Origin: an uncultured Gammaproteobacteria bacterium
GTDB lineage: Bacteria > Pseudomonadota > Gammaproteobacteria > SZUA-229
DNA: 64,000 bases
Reading direction: 5' to 3'
Assembly (NCBI GenBank): GCA_942492025.1
Contig: CALODJ010000003.1
Span: 79,648 to 143,647, forward strand
The notes under the pieces are model-generated. The model saw only the letters and a list, made by a program, of their open reading frames with translations, had not been told where the DNA came from and made no database searches. Positions 23,412 to 34,004 of this stretch are shown piece by piece. The translations under genes and the position numbers were made by a program. The first letter of the stretch is position 1, and each line of letters starts with the position of its first letter.

Positions 23412-25909
23412 TGTACAAAATGGGATCAAACAAGATCATTGCGAAGGTATTAGTAAGCTTTTCATTTATCGTTGTACTGCTCATCCTGTTACAAGTCGCG
23501 CTTGTTTACATCGGTATCAGCTTCACATCGGATAAGGCCAGAGTAATTCTGCTTGAACAGATAAAAATCCTGACTCAACGTGAAGCCTACATCGACGGTG
23601 ACGTGAGGGTTACTATCTCCATGCTGCCGGAACTATTGGTTAAACGAGTACGGATCAAGAACGCTGAGGGATTTGGCGAAGAGAATTTCATTGCTCTATC
23701 GGAGGCACGTGTTCAGCTTTCATTGCTGTCGCTTCTTGGCGGAAAAATTGATGTGACTGAATTTGTAGCGAACCGTGCGCATATTGATTTGATCGTGAAG
23801 TCGGACGGTCACAATAACTGGTCGTTTAATCACCTGACAACGCCGTCAGAACGCAAAAGTGATGCAAGTGACAAGACAGTCAAGGATACGAAAGTCAACA
23901 GAAGCTTATCAGTCGATAGACTGGTGCTGACAGACATTACTTTTCGCTATGTAGAAGAAGCTGATAGCCGGATCATCAACAAGCATTTTTCAAGGATTTT
24001 ACTGGACCTCGAAGACACGACAGAACCGCAGGCGGAAATTACAGGTACATTCCAAGATTATCCATACACTATGATGCTCGAATCTGAAGCACTCGAGAAC
24101 CTGACTGTAGCGAAACCTTGGAATCTCAGCGGTTCTGGCATGATTGCAGGTCGACGAGCACTTATAGACGCAAGCGTACTGTTGTCAGACCAGGATATTG
24201 AGGGAGACCTGAGTTTAAATGTTGAGGATGTTGATTTAGCTCGATTGCTCGAGCGTGCAGGTCTTATTACCGGTGAGGATGCTGCTGCTGCGAAGGAATT
24301 GAACATCAAGGTCGCGTTGCAAGGAACGGACGTAATAGAAATGATTCGTGATGCTGACATCGAGTTGCAACTGGAGCACGGTTACTGGAGGTGGCGGTCG
24401 TTATTAAAAGATGAAATAAGAGAGCTTGCATTCAAAAATATTGCTGTGCGTGCATCCTGGAGTAAAGCCGTGCAAGTGCATCTGGATGGGGAGCTTTTCA
24501 CCGAAGTCATCAAACTTGATCTTAGAACGAATCGTTTGTCAGAGTTCTTCGATGAGACGGACACACTCGATGTTGATTTGGCAGCACATATTGCTGGAAG
24601 CGACATTATCCTGAAGGGAGTCATCGACTTACCTGTTAAGAAAAAACAGTTCCAGCTGGATATCGTGTTCAAAGGTCATGATCTGGAGAATTTGAACCGG
24701 ATACTGAACAGTGAATTACCACCGTTCAATAACTATTACCTGAAAGGTAGATTATCGGCAAACAATAAAGGTTTTATTGTCAGAGCAGATGATGCAAGCA
24801 TAGGCGAGACCCATTTCAAAACAGGGATAGTTATTGACACAAGTTCATTCAAACCGTTCTGGAAAATCAATCTGAACAGCCGCCAGTTACAGATAAAGGA
24901 TTTTGAGTTTGCAGATCTGCAAGTTGATATACCCGATGCGAAAGCTATCAGCACCAAGCTAATACAAAAGAGTGGAGAGCTAAAACAGGGACCGGCCTGG
25001 CGACTGACAGAAATAGTTAAAGACCCAAAAATGCATTTCGATCTAAATCTGAAAGTCGATAATTTGCTAGCAGGAAAGATTGCTTTGGGAGCATCAAGCG
25101 TCAAGTTAAAACTCAGAGATAACACATTAATCATGGACAATGCGGAGTTCGACGTTCCTGGTGGCAAGATCAAATCTTCTGCGGCTTTCAAGACTGAAAG
25201 CGAACAGGTCAAAGGCGCCTTCAAGCTTGATATTGATAAATTTGACTACGGTGCTGTAGCTCGTTACTTCAACGTAGGCTCTGAAGAAGGTGGTGTAATC
25301 AGTGCAAGGATAGATCTGGAATTGGCGGGAAGAGATTTTTCGAGCCTGTTTTATCATGCAACAGGGAAACTGGATGTGGCTCTGTGGCCAAGAAATACGC
25401 AAACTGAGCTATTTGATTTATGGGCAAACAATCTTTTTCTGATAATCCTGCCAGAGATCAGGAAGAGGGAGGACAGAGTCAACTGCATCGTTGCACTCAT
25501 GGACGTTGATGATGGCATCATGAAGGAAGACTTTTTCGGTATCGATACCAGAAAAGTATGGATGCACGGAAATCTCCAGGTGGATTTTAGAAACGAACAG
25601 GTGCAGTTAGCGCTCTATCCCAGGTCGAAAAAAGCAAGAGTCTTTGCAGTAGAGGCGCCTATCCGAGCTGAGGGCGGTTTTGATGATATCCGATTGAACA
25701 CCAATCCGGTCGATCTGACAGTCGCCTATCTTTCCTTCATTACCAGTCCGCTGCACGTGCCGGCCCGCCGCGTTTTAGGTGACAGGGTACCTGAAGATGC
25801 CAGTAAAATATGCGAGCAGCTTTTCGATCGTGAGTACGTGAAAAAACTCAAGGAAAAAATCAAACTGGAAGAACAGAAAGAAATTGATGAGTGGCTGGAT
25901 GCAGATTAA
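23411..25909 (+). CDS. AsmA-family protein
   Basis: N-terminal TM anchor, NAEGFGEENF..LSLLSLLGGK and DGHNNWSF AsmA N-terminal pattern, beta-rich body, NCIVALMDVDDG near C-terminus. Confidence 0.75.
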   Translation: MYKMGSNKIIAKVLVSFSFIVVLLILLQVALVYIGISFTSDKARVILLEQIKILTQREAYIDGDVRVTISMLPELLVKRVRIKNAEGFGEENFIALSEARVQLSLLSLLGGKIDVTEFVANRAHIDLIVKSDGHNNWSFNHLTTPSERKSDASDKTVKDTKVNRSLSVDRLVLTDITFRYVEEADSRIINKHFSRILLDLEDTTEPQAEITGTFQDYPYTMMLESEALENLTVAKPWNLSGSGMIAGRRALIDASVLLSDQDIEGDLSLNVEDVDLARLLERAGLITGEDAAAAKELNIKVALQGTDVIEMIRDADIELQLEHGYWRWRSLLKDEIRELAFKNIAVRASWSKAVQVHLDGELFTEVIKLDLRTNRLSEFFDETDTLDVDLAAHIAGSDIILKGVIDLPVKKKQFQLDIVFKGHDLENLNRILNSELPPFNNYYLKGRLSANNKGFIVRADDASIGETHFKTGIVIDTSSFKPFWKINLNSRQLQIKDFEFADLQVDIPDAKAISTKLIQKSGELKQGPAWRLTEIVKDPKMHFDLNLKVDNLLAGKIALGASSVKLKLRDNTLIMDNAEFDVPGGKIKSSAAFKTESEQVKGAFKLDIDKFDYGAVARYFNVGSEEGGVISARIDLELAGRDFSSLFYHATGKLDVALWPRNTQTELFDLWANNLFLIILPEIRKREDRVNCIVALMDVDDGIMKEDFFGIDTRKVWMHGNLQVDFRNEQVQLALYPRSKKARVFAVEAPIRAEGGFDDIRLNTNPVDLTVAYLSFITSPLHVPARRVLGDRVPEDASKICEQLFDREYVKKLKEKIKLEEQKEIDEWLDAD

Positions 25910-25950
25910 TTGTACTTATTCGGACTTGACCTGACACATCGTAATAGATC

Positions 25951-26020
25951 GTAGGGTGCGCCGTGCGCACCGCGAATTTGGTCGCAATCAATGAGTCATG
26001 GTGCGCATGTCGCACTCTAC
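25951..26020. repeat. GTAG-type REP doublet (REPIN-like)
   Basis: GTAGGGTGCGCCGTGCGCACC + 28 nt + inverted copy with 3 mismatches. Confidence 0.85.
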
Positions 26021-26209
26021 AATAAAGGCTCGTTGTTAGGACTGATAGCGAGCTTATAACGTTCGGTCTTGTCCAGCCTTGCGGTTTCCTGATCAAAAGC
26101 TTTGTTTGATGAATCCACGTTTTACTAATCTACATCAATTATTCAATTATTTATTTGCACATATAATTGACCGAAACTCTACCTAAGACCAAATAACCGG
26201 AGAGACGAA

Positions 26210-26965
26210 ATGTTTGAATGGATCGCCAGCCCGGAGGCGTGGATTGCTCTGGCTACCCTGACAGCACTGGAAATCGTGCTGGGTATAGACAACATTATTT
26301 TCATTTCAATACTGGTCAGCCGATTGCCGGAGCACCAACGCGAGTTCGGCCGGCGAGTTGGGCTGAGTCTGGCGATGTTGACGCGGCTGGCGTTACTGGC
26401 TTCCATCGCCTGGGTGATGAGTCTGAGAGACCCCTGGTTCAGTGTGCTCGGCCAGGAGATATCGGGTCGCGATATCATCCTGATTGTCGGCGGTCTGTTT
26501 CTGCTGTTCAAGGCGACCCATGAGATTCACAATAGTCTCGAGGGCATTGATGAGGATACCTCGGTGCCGAAGGTGGCTGGGCTGGCTAGCGTGCTGGTAC
26601 AGATCGCTGTTCTCGACATCGTGTTTTCGCTGGATTCGGTCATCACCGCTGTAGGTCTGGTCGAACATGTGTCGATCATGGCTATTGCGATTATTATCGC
26701 GGTAGGCGTGATGCTGGTGGCGGCGAAATCGATTGGGGATTTCGTAGACGCGCACCCGACGATCAAGATACTTGCATTGTCATTCCTGATCCTGGTGGGA
26801 GTGACCCTGATCATCGAAGGCTTCGACGTGCATGTACCGAAAGGCTATATCTACTTTGCGATGGCATTTTCGGTCACGGTCGAAATGCTCAATATTCGCA
26901 TGCGCAAGAAAGTAGCGGAACCGGTTAGGCTGCATAAGCACATAGAAGGGGATGAGCCGGGCTAG
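26210..26965 (+). CDS. TerC-family membrane protein
   Basis: LEIVLGIDNIIFISIL, DIVFSLDSVITAVG, PKGYIYFAMAFS. Confidence 0.92.
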   Translation: MFEWIASPEAWIALATLTALEIVLGIDNIIFISILVSRLPEHQREFGRRVGLSLAMLTRLALLASIAWVMSLRDPWFSVLGQEISGRDIILIVGGLFLLFKATHEIHNSLEGIDEDTSVPKVAGLASVLVQIAVLDIVFSLDSVITAVGLVEHVSIMAIAIIIAVGVMLVAAKSIGDFVDAHPTIKILALSFLILVGVTLIIEGFDVHVPKGYIYFAMAFSVTVEMLNIRMRKKVAEPVRLHKHIEGDEPG

Positions 26966-27105
26966 CGTCACGACAATAGGACCAGGACTTGTCGCTGAGG
27001 ACGCAAAATCACGGAGATAACATAGTTAAATAGCCAACAGCAGGAGCGAATGAAACCGCTCCTGCTTTCTATTCTTGTCGTCCTGCCATCTCTAATTGGT
27101 CGTTC

Positions 27106-27126
27106 GTAGCGTGCGCCGCGCGCACC
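27106..27126 (+). repeat. Single GTAG-type REP
   Basis: GTAGCGTGCGCCGCGCGCACC, 2 mismatches to the family consensus. Confidence 0.75.
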
Positions 27127-27217
27127 ACGTGTCTGGCCCGGATGTTGCAGGAATGACCTTGTTTGCAATCAACTACTGATATCGCATCAGCCCGAGCATT
27201 CCCGCATAATCCTGTTT

Positions 27218-28975
27218 ATGATTGCGAACTCGCGACAAAGCAGGATTTTTTCATTTTTTCAGCAGCTTACGGTCTGCTTGCTTTGGTTGGGTTGTATCAG
27301 TGCCAGCCACGCGCAGGTCATGATCACGGGTGTTGATCAATCCACACTTGATAATGTGCTCGCCTTTCTGAGACTCGATGATGAACCTTGCGATGCACCG
27401 GACTGGCGCATCCGACGTCTGTTTGTCGGTGCCGAAAACGAGATTCGCGAGGCGCTTGAGGTCGTTGGTTTCTACAGTGTCGAGATTGAGCAGCGCCTGG
27501 ACAGGAATGAAAGCTGCTGGCAGGCCAATTTTGATATCACACTCGGGCGGCCCGTTGTGCTGCGCACGGTGTCGATCAAAATCCAAACTGAAGGTGATCG
27601 GGATCCCGCGCTGGACAGCATTGTTCAGGCATGTGGATTGGTTCAGGGTGATGTGCTGCGTCATGGGAAATACGATGCCTGCAGGCGCAGTATCAGGCGT
27701 GCGGCTGAAAACCGTGGTTATTTTGGCGCTGAGTTCGCCGCACGACGCATCGATGTGTTTCCAAACGAATACGCGGCCGATATCACGCTGCATTTCAGAA
27801 CCGGACCGCGTTATGTATTCGGCGAGGTCACCTTCGAACAGGATGTGCTGGATCCGGAATTAATCCGGCGTTTCGTCACGGTCACACCAGGTGAACCCTA
27901 TGATGCACAACTCGTCAGGAGGATGCAGCGCCACATCGTCGGCAGTGCCTATTTTGACCAGGTAGTATTCTCACGTAATCCTCGCGGCGAGCCGCATTTT
28001 GATGTCCCGATAACGATAGAACTCACGCCCGGGAAGCAATTCCAGTATAACGCAGGTGTTGGCTTTGCGACCGACATCGGGCCGCAACTGCGTTTTGGCG
28101 TCCTGAACAGGCGTACCAATGTCTATGGCCACCAGGTTGAATTCGAAACTAGCCTGTCGAACGTCATTTCGGACATCGGCGTTACTTATCGCATACCGCT
28201 CGACAGGCCGAGGGACTGGTTTACGATTGATACCGAATACAAAGTTGAGGACAACGACAGTTTTAGCAGTGATCTGTTCACGACCGGTGTGCAACGCGTG
28301 CATGAGCTCGATAACGACTGGATGCGCACCCTGTTCCTGGATTTACGGCTGGAGGATTATGAGGCTGGCACCTTTGACGATGGCTATTCCAGGCTGCTGA
28401 CACCCGGCGTCGGGTACGCCTTCATCGAAGAAGATTTCCCGCCGCGACCGCTCGAAGGCCACCGCACCAGCGTGCAGACGCGAGGCGCTGTAGAGGGTTT
28501 GATCTCCGACACCAGCTTTCTGCAAGTCTATGGCAACACCAAGTGGGTGTTCGGGCTCTGGTCGGGAACACGCTTGTTGACCCGGGCCGAAGTGGGCGCA
28601 ACCCTGATCGACAGACTCCGCACTCTGCCCGCATCGGTGCGTTTCTTCGCGGGTGGTGACACCAGTGTCCGCGGCTATGCCTACAACTCACTCGGGCCAA
28701 CAGATCCGCTGGGCGCGGTTGTCGGTGGTGAAAACCTGCTGGTTGGCAGTGTCGAGATCGACCAGCTGATCGCAGACAACTGGGCGTTGGCGGCGTTCAT
28801 TGACAGTGGTAATGCCTACGATGACTACGCCGATTTCGATCCAGCGACCGGTGTTGGCGTCGGCATTCGCTGGTTTTCACCGCTCGGGCCCATCCGTTTC
28901 GACGTTGCAGTTCCGTTAGAGCAAGACGCGCCAGATGATTATCGAATTCACATCACACTGGGGCCCGACCTGTGA
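27218..28975 (+). CDS. tamA: Autotransporter assembly complex outer-membrane protein TamA
   Basis: Signal peptide, POTRA-like segments, RFFAGGDTSVRGY, GVGIRWFSPLGPIRFDVA. Confidence 0.9.
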   Translation: MIANSRQSRIFSFFQQLTVCLLWLGCISASHAQVMITGVDQSTLDNVLAFLRLDDEPCDAPDWRIRRLFVGAENEIREALEVVGFYSVEIEQRLDRNESCWQANFDITLGRPVVLRTVSIKIQTEGDRDPALDSIVQACGLVQGDVLRHGKYDACRRSIRRAAENRGYFGAEFAARRIDVFPNEYAADITLHFRTGPRYVFGEVTFEQDVLDPELIRRFVTVTPGEPYDAQLVRRMQRHIVGSAYFDQVVFSRNPRGEPHFDVPITIELTPGKQFQYNAGVGFATDIGPQLRFGVLNRRTNVYGHQVEFETSLSNVISDIGVTYRIPLDRPRDWFTIDTEYKVEDNDSFSSDLFTTGVQRVHELDNDWMRTLFLDLRLEDYEAGTFDDGYSRLLTPGVGYAFIEEDFPPRPLEGHRTSVQTRGAVEGLISDTSFLQVYGNTKWVFGLWSGTRLLTRAEVGATLIDRLRTLPASVRFFAGGDTSVRGYAYNSLGPTDPLGAVVGGENLLVGSVEIDQLIADNWALAAFIDSGNAYDDYADFDPATGVGVGIRWFSPLGPIRFDVAVPLEQDAPDDYRIHITLGPDL

Positions 28976-31900
28976 TGCGTGTGCTTAAGATCACTGCGCT
29001 GGTGGCGCTGCTGACGGCGGGTATCCTCAGCGCCGTTGTGTCGTGGCTGATCAGATCGGAAGAGGGAAGTCGCTGGTTGCTCGAACAGGGGCTCGCTTTT
29101 GCACCGGTCTCCATCGAAGCAGAAGGTATCTCCGGTACCCTGGCCGACGGGCTGGGTGTCGAGGCTCTGACCATTGGCTTAACGAAAACCGAAATACAGG
29201 TTAAAGGTGCGGTGCTCAGCTGGAGCCCTACACGCTTGCTTGCAGGTATTTTCCACATCAATCGCGTACACATAGCCGAGCTGAGCGTCGACGTCGTGCA
29301 AACCGAAAGCGCAGGCGATGATTCCGGTGATGCGCCCGAAGACAGGTTGTTCTGGTTAAAGATTCCGCTATACATCGATATAGAGTCCGGGCAGCTCGAC
29401 AGACTGCGTATCGAAAAAGCGGAGTTCAAGGATATCCTCCTGGCGGGACGTATCGGGCACGGGCATCTTGAAATTGACAGCCTGAACGCCGAAATAGCCG
29501 GTACTCACTTGCAGGTCGAGGGTGAACTGGCTGGGCCCGCACCCGGTCGGCTGGAAGCCATAGCCAGCTGGGAGATACCAGCGGAAAATCTGAGCGGCAG
29601 TGGCAATTTCAGCGGCGATATCGAGGAGCTCGGGTTTACGCAGGTCATCAAGGTGCCTGAAGCCGTGACTATCAAAGGCACAATGTACGCTTTGTTTCAT
29701 GCACCTGCGCTGACCGGTGTAGCTGAATGGCAAAGCGTACGCTTGCCCGGCGAGTCAGCCCTGACCATCAACGCCGGCAATATTTATGTCAGCAGTGATT
29801 TCCAATCCATAAGCCTCAAGGGCGACAGCATCATGTTGCTCGAAGGCTGGCCGCAGGCACCATTAAAATTCCAGGCACTGGCCAATCTACAAGGAGTCAC
29901 TATCGACGCCTATACGCTGGATGCCCTGGGCGGCCAGATCAACGGTTCGGGGCACATCGATTACGGTGACGATCTGCAAGGGCAGTTGGCAATCAATGCG
30001 AAACAGATCGACATCGGGCTTATCCGCAGTGATCTGCCGGGCCACCTCGGTTTCGATGCGACCCTGTTGATCGAATCGGCTGATGCATTCGCTATCGATG
30101 TGAGCGCAGCGATTGCGCGGGTCGCTGACATCAATCTGACCGGGCTGGGCCGCGTACACATGCGCGGCGGAGAGCTGACAGCTATCAAAGCAGAAATCAC
30201 TGCAGGCAAGAATCAGCTGTCAGCGGATATAACCACGGGTACGCAATTAGCCGGTACGATCAATGCGAGAGCACCCGAGCTGGCAACGCTGTGGCCGGGT
30301 CTGCGGGGGGAACTGGACGCATCGATTACCCTTGGCGGCAGTCCTGATAAACCGCAGGGTCGATTGATGGCGCAGGCCGCATCTTTATCATATGGATCGC
30401 AGTCGCTGGACGCGTTGGCCTTGTCAGCTGAGCTGAAGAGCAACAACCAGCTGGCGGGTAAACTCGACGCCAGGGGCCTGCTCGCCGGCGAACAGGCACT
30501 TGGTGATCTTGAGTATACGCTCGCCGGTACGCTCGCCAGGCATCAATCGAATCTGAAATTGAACGGCGGCGTGGTTGACGTACAACTCCGTGCCAATGGT
30601 GGTTGGGACGGCGAGGTAATGACACAGCGATTTGAATACGGCCTGGTGCAGCCCGATGGATTTCCCGGCTGGCGCCTGAATCAGACGCCGGAACTGCGCG
30701 TATCGGCAGCAGGTGGACAGGTGAGTGCGCATTGCTGGAAGCAAGAGCAGGCAGGCATTTGCATAAACGCCAGCAGCTGGAGTGCGGAAAGCCTGCAGAG
30801 TGCCATCGTTATCGATGATTTTGCGCTCGCTTCCCTGCAACCCTTGCTGGCAGAAGGTTACAGCATCGATGGTACCGTCAATGCTGATCTCAAACTCGTG
30901 CGTGAAAAGGCCGGGTTGCAGGCCGAGCTGCGCTGGCGGCAGTCACGCACGGTCCTGGGCTATGCAGACGACATCGATAAATTTCAGACGGTGCTCGATG
31001 AAATAAAGATCGATCTGACTTCTGATGATAATCAAACGGACCTCGTTGCCAAAATCAATGGCGAACAGGGGCTGAAGCTAACCACGACAGCCACAGTCAG
31101 CGGCCCACTGGTGAGCGAAAGTCCATTGGTGGCTGCAGCCAAAGGCCGCATACCGAGCATCGAGCTGCTGCGTCCACTGCTGCAACGGGTGGTTCACCCG
31201 GGTGAACTAGAGGGTGAATTGACAGTCGATCTAAAGGCCACCGGCACCCTGGGTAATCCGATATTCATCGGCGGAGCAAAGCTTGCCGATGGCTCAATGG
31301 GGCTGGTGGATGCCGGTATCACCTTGAGCAGCATAAACCTGTCAGCACAGAGTGATGGTGCCGATAAACTGCTGGTGACAGGTGAGTTTCAGTCGGGTGA
31401 GGGCAGTGCCAAAATCCTGGGCGAGCTGCACGCGACCGAAGAGCCGGGTCTTGAAGCGGACATACGTGTACAGGGCCAGGACCTGGCCAGTGTACGCATG
31501 CCGGATTTGAGCGTCGATACCTCGCCGGACCTGAGGCTGCGTATTTCAGAGGATGTGTTCGAAATCAGCGGTACGCTATTGATACCGCGTGCCACAGCCC
31601 AGATTCGCGATCTGCCAAATAGTGCAGTACCGCGCTCGGTCGATGTGATCGTGCACGAGCCGGAACGTACGGTTGAACAACCGTCTGGTACGATCGTTAC
31701 CGGTAATGTGGAGGTAGTGCTCGGTGACGAAGTGCGCTTCAGCGGTTTTGGCCTGAACAGCCGGCTCGAAGGTGGATTACGGCTGACGCAGGCCCGCCGC
31801 GATTTTCTGCGTACCCGCGGCACCGTGCGCGTGCAAGATGGCTTTCTGACCGGCTACGGCAGGGAACTGCGCGTGGATCGCGGCGAGCTTACTTTCGTTG

Positions 31901-32379
31901 GCCCGCTGGACGATCCGTTGATCAACATTCAGGTCAGCCGTGAATCCGTTTACGAAGGCCGAATATATATCATAGGACTACGCCTGACGGGATCAGCCCA
32001 GAACGTAATCACCGAACCTTTCTCCAGACCGTCGATGCCCGAACGCGACGTATTGTCGTTCCTGTTGCTCGACATGCCCGCAAGTTCGGATAGTAACGCC
32101 AGCGGTGCCGCGCTCGCGCTTGGTCTGCAGCAGATCGTGCCGGGTGACAGCGGCATTCTCGGGCTGGACGAAATCAGCTTCGAAACCAATGATGCAAACG
32201 AGGCTGCGATGGTTGCAGGCAGGCGCATCAATGAGAACCTGTTCGTGCGCTATGTGTTTGGTACGCGCGGTGAACCCGGATCATTCAGAATCCGCTATAC
32301 CCTCGGGCGGGGTTTCAGCCTGGAAGCCAGCACCGGCTCGCGCCAGTCGCTGGACCTGATATACTTACTGGAGCGGTGA
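28972..32379 (+). CDS. tamB: Translocation/assembly module TamB
   Basis: Overlaps tamA stop; N-terminal TM; DUF490-like C-terminus (GELTFVGPLDDPLINI, RYTLGRGFSLEA). Confidence 0.88.
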   Translation: MMRVLKITALVALLTAGILSAVVSWLIRSEEGSRWLLEQGLAFAPVSIEAEGISGTLADGLGVEALTIGLTKTEIQVKGAVLSWSPTRLLAGIFHINRVHIAELSVDVVQTESAGDDSGDAPEDRLFWLKIPLYIDIESGQLDRLRIEKAEFKDILLAGRIGHGHLEIDSLNAEIAGTHLQVEGELAGPAPGRLEAIASWEIPAENLSGSGNFSGDIEELGFTQVIKVPEAVTIKGTMYALFHAPALTGVAEWQSVRLPGESALTINAGNIYVSSDFQSISLKGDSIMLLEGWPQAPLKFQALANLQGVTIDAYTLDALGGQINGSGHIDYGDDLQGQLAINAKQIDIGLIRSDLPGHLGFDATLLIESADAFAIDVSAAIARVADINLTGLGRVHMRGGELTAIKAEITAGKNQLSADITTGTQLAGTINARAPELATLWPGLRGELDASITLGGSPDKPQGRLMAQAASLSYGSQSLDALALSAELKSNNQLAGKLDARGLLAGEQALGDLEYTLAGTLARHQSNLKLNGGVVDVQLRANGGWDGEVMTQRFEYGLVQPDGFPGWRLNQTPELRVSAAGGQVSAHCWKQEQAGICINASSWSAESLQSAIVIDDFALASLQPLLAEGYSIDGTVNADLKLVREKAGLQAELRWRQSRTVLGYADDIDKFQTVLDEIKIDLTSDDNQTDLVAKINGEQGLKLTTTATVSGPLVSESPLVAAAKGRIPSIELLRPLLQRVVHPGELEGELTVDLKATGTLGNPIFIGGAKLADGSMGLVDAGITLSSINLSAQSDGADKLLVTGEFQSGEGSAKILGELHATEEPGLEADIRVQGQDLASVRMPDLSVDTSPDLRLRISEDVFEISGTLLIPRATAQIRDLPNSAVPRSVDVIVHEPERTVEQPSGTIVTGNVEVVLGDEVRFSGFGLNSRLEGGLRLTQARRDFLRTRGTVRVQDGFLTGYGRELRVDRGELTFVGPLDDPLINIQVSRESVYEGRIYIIGLRLTGSAQNVITEPFSRPSMPERDVLSFLLLDMPASSDSNASGAALALGLQQIVPGDSGILGLDEISFETNDANEAAMVAGRRINENLFVRYVFGTRGEPGSFRIRYTLGRGFSLEASTGSRQSLDLIYLLER

Positions 32380-32439
32380 CTACAGGTGTATCGGCCAATT
32401 GCTTATAGAGACCTGCACGCAAACGCCAGGAAGCGTAAG

Positions 32440-33399
32440 ATGTTCATCATTCGTAAAATAGTGCTGGTGTCGACAATCAATGCTGTTGTCACGCCAGCCT
32501 TGCAGGCTGACGTCTTGCCTGGAGTAAGTGCACTGTCTGAGACGATAGTACGCGAGTCAGCTATCGCCTTTGTCAACACGACAGCCTCGCCGGGTCTCGA
32601 AGGTGCAACACTGTCAGTAAACGATGGCGCGCGGGAACAATGGCGTTCCAGTCTTGGCTTTGCCGCGGAATTTACCTTAAAAGACTATATATTTAATGGC
32701 TATTGGGGCCTGGCGCTTGTTGGCGGTTCATTGAATGACAAGTTTGAGCTGACCGGAGATGATGGGCAGCTCGTACAATTCGATCTGACGCGCGATGTAG
32801 TGGCATTGCGCGGTTCTTTCGGGCTCAGTTTTCCAGTGAACCAGTATTTAAAAATCCGCCCCTATCTATCACTTTCTGTATCAGACCTGCAGACAGAAAT
32901 CCTGGTGGATGGTCTGCTCACGACTGGACCCATCGAGAACACCACAACAACCGCGGTATTTAACACCAAAGCCCAGATGTTATCGACGATAGGCTCAGTC
33001 GAAGCCCTTTATTCACGCTGGTACGGTGACAACCGGCTGGAGTTGTCGGCACACTACCATCTGATTCACACTGATTCTTTCAGTGAAGATAATCCAGTGC
33101 TGCAGACCAAGGCTCTGAACGATGTGTTTCAGTTAAAAAGCACCTTCAGCGGCCCGACCGGTCTGACGAGTATTGGCAGGCCCTGGCGATGGCTGGCTTA
33201 TGCCAACCATACAAATTTTCTCAGTCAGGACAAGTTTTCGTTGGGCTATACCAGCCTGTTCGAATTTGGCGTTGGCATGGAATGGCGAATGAACATCAAA
33301 CCGCTCGACTGGTTTGGCTGGCAAATGCTGGGATTAAGGGCCGGTGTGATCACCAGCAAGGACGTTGAGGGCTTTAACGTAGGGCTGACAGGACGATGA
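32440..33399 (+). CDS. Putative outer-membrane beta-barrel protein (solitary autotransporter-barrel-like); start uncertain
   Basis: Signal-peptide-like MFIIRKIVLVSTINAVVTPALQA, then alternating amphipathic aromatic-rich strands. Confidence 0.55.
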   Translation: MFIIRKIVLVSTINAVVTPALQADVLPGVSALSETIVRESAIAFVNTTASPGLEGATLSVNDGAREQWRSSLGFAAEFTLKDYIFNGYWGLALVGGSLNDKFELTGDDGQLVQFDLTRDVVALRGSFGLSFPVNQYLKIRPYLSLSVSDLQTEILVDGLLTTGPIENTTTTAVFNTKAQMLSTIGSVEALYSRWYGDNRLELSAHYHLIHTDSFSEDNPVLQTKALNDVFQLKSTFSGPTGLTSIGRPWRWLAYANHTNFLSQDKFSLGYTSLFEFGVGMEWRMNIKPLDWFGWQMLGLRAGVITSKDVEGFNVGLTGR

Positions 33400-33791
33400 G
33401 CTTTCGAATCATGTTGTTGATCTGCACCAGTATAATATCCGCTGCCTGTGTGCAGCCAGTAAAACTCAAAGGTGAAGGCTACGTTCTTATTAGATCGAAT
33501 TATCCTATCTTGTATTTTAACGGCGAACAAATTGAGCCTGCGTATAGACTGGACATCGAGGCAGGTGAAAATACCGTGGTGATAGTGTACAACACCTACC
33601 AGCACGACTATTACTGTACATTCAGCTGGACTGCAGTGGCAAACGCCGTGTACGAAGTAACAGATCAGGAAAACCAATATCCACTGACACTCTATCGTTG
33701 GGTTAGAACCAATAGTTTGTGGGCATCGCGACTCGACCCTGTTGATCCGTTGGACTGTATTGAACAGGAAAAGGGGGGCGAACTGATTTGA
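33396..33791 (+). CDS. Putative lipoprotein
   Basis: MSFRIMLLICTSIISAA-C lipobox-like; overlaps the upstream stop. Confidence 0.6.
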   Translation: MSFRIMLLICTSIISAACVQPVKLKGEGYVLIRSNYPILYFNGEQIEPAYRLDIEAGENTVVIVYNTYQHDYYCTFSWTAVANAVYEVTDQENQYPLTLYRWVRTNSLWASRLDPVDPLDCIEQEKGGELI

Positions 33792-34004
33792 TAAACGGAA
33801 TTCTTCCTGAAATCGAGTGGTTAATTTATCCGCGAACAACGCAAAGGAAAACGCCGGGTAGCTGATGGAGAGTGTGTAGACCTTGAATTGTAGGAGATGT
33901 AATAAGCAGCCCGCGGCCGATAGACATTTAGAAGTCAGCCCCCTAACCTGGTTGGTGAACTAATCCAGAAGGTCGCAAAGCGCCTTAAACCAGAGGGGAC
34001 TGAC

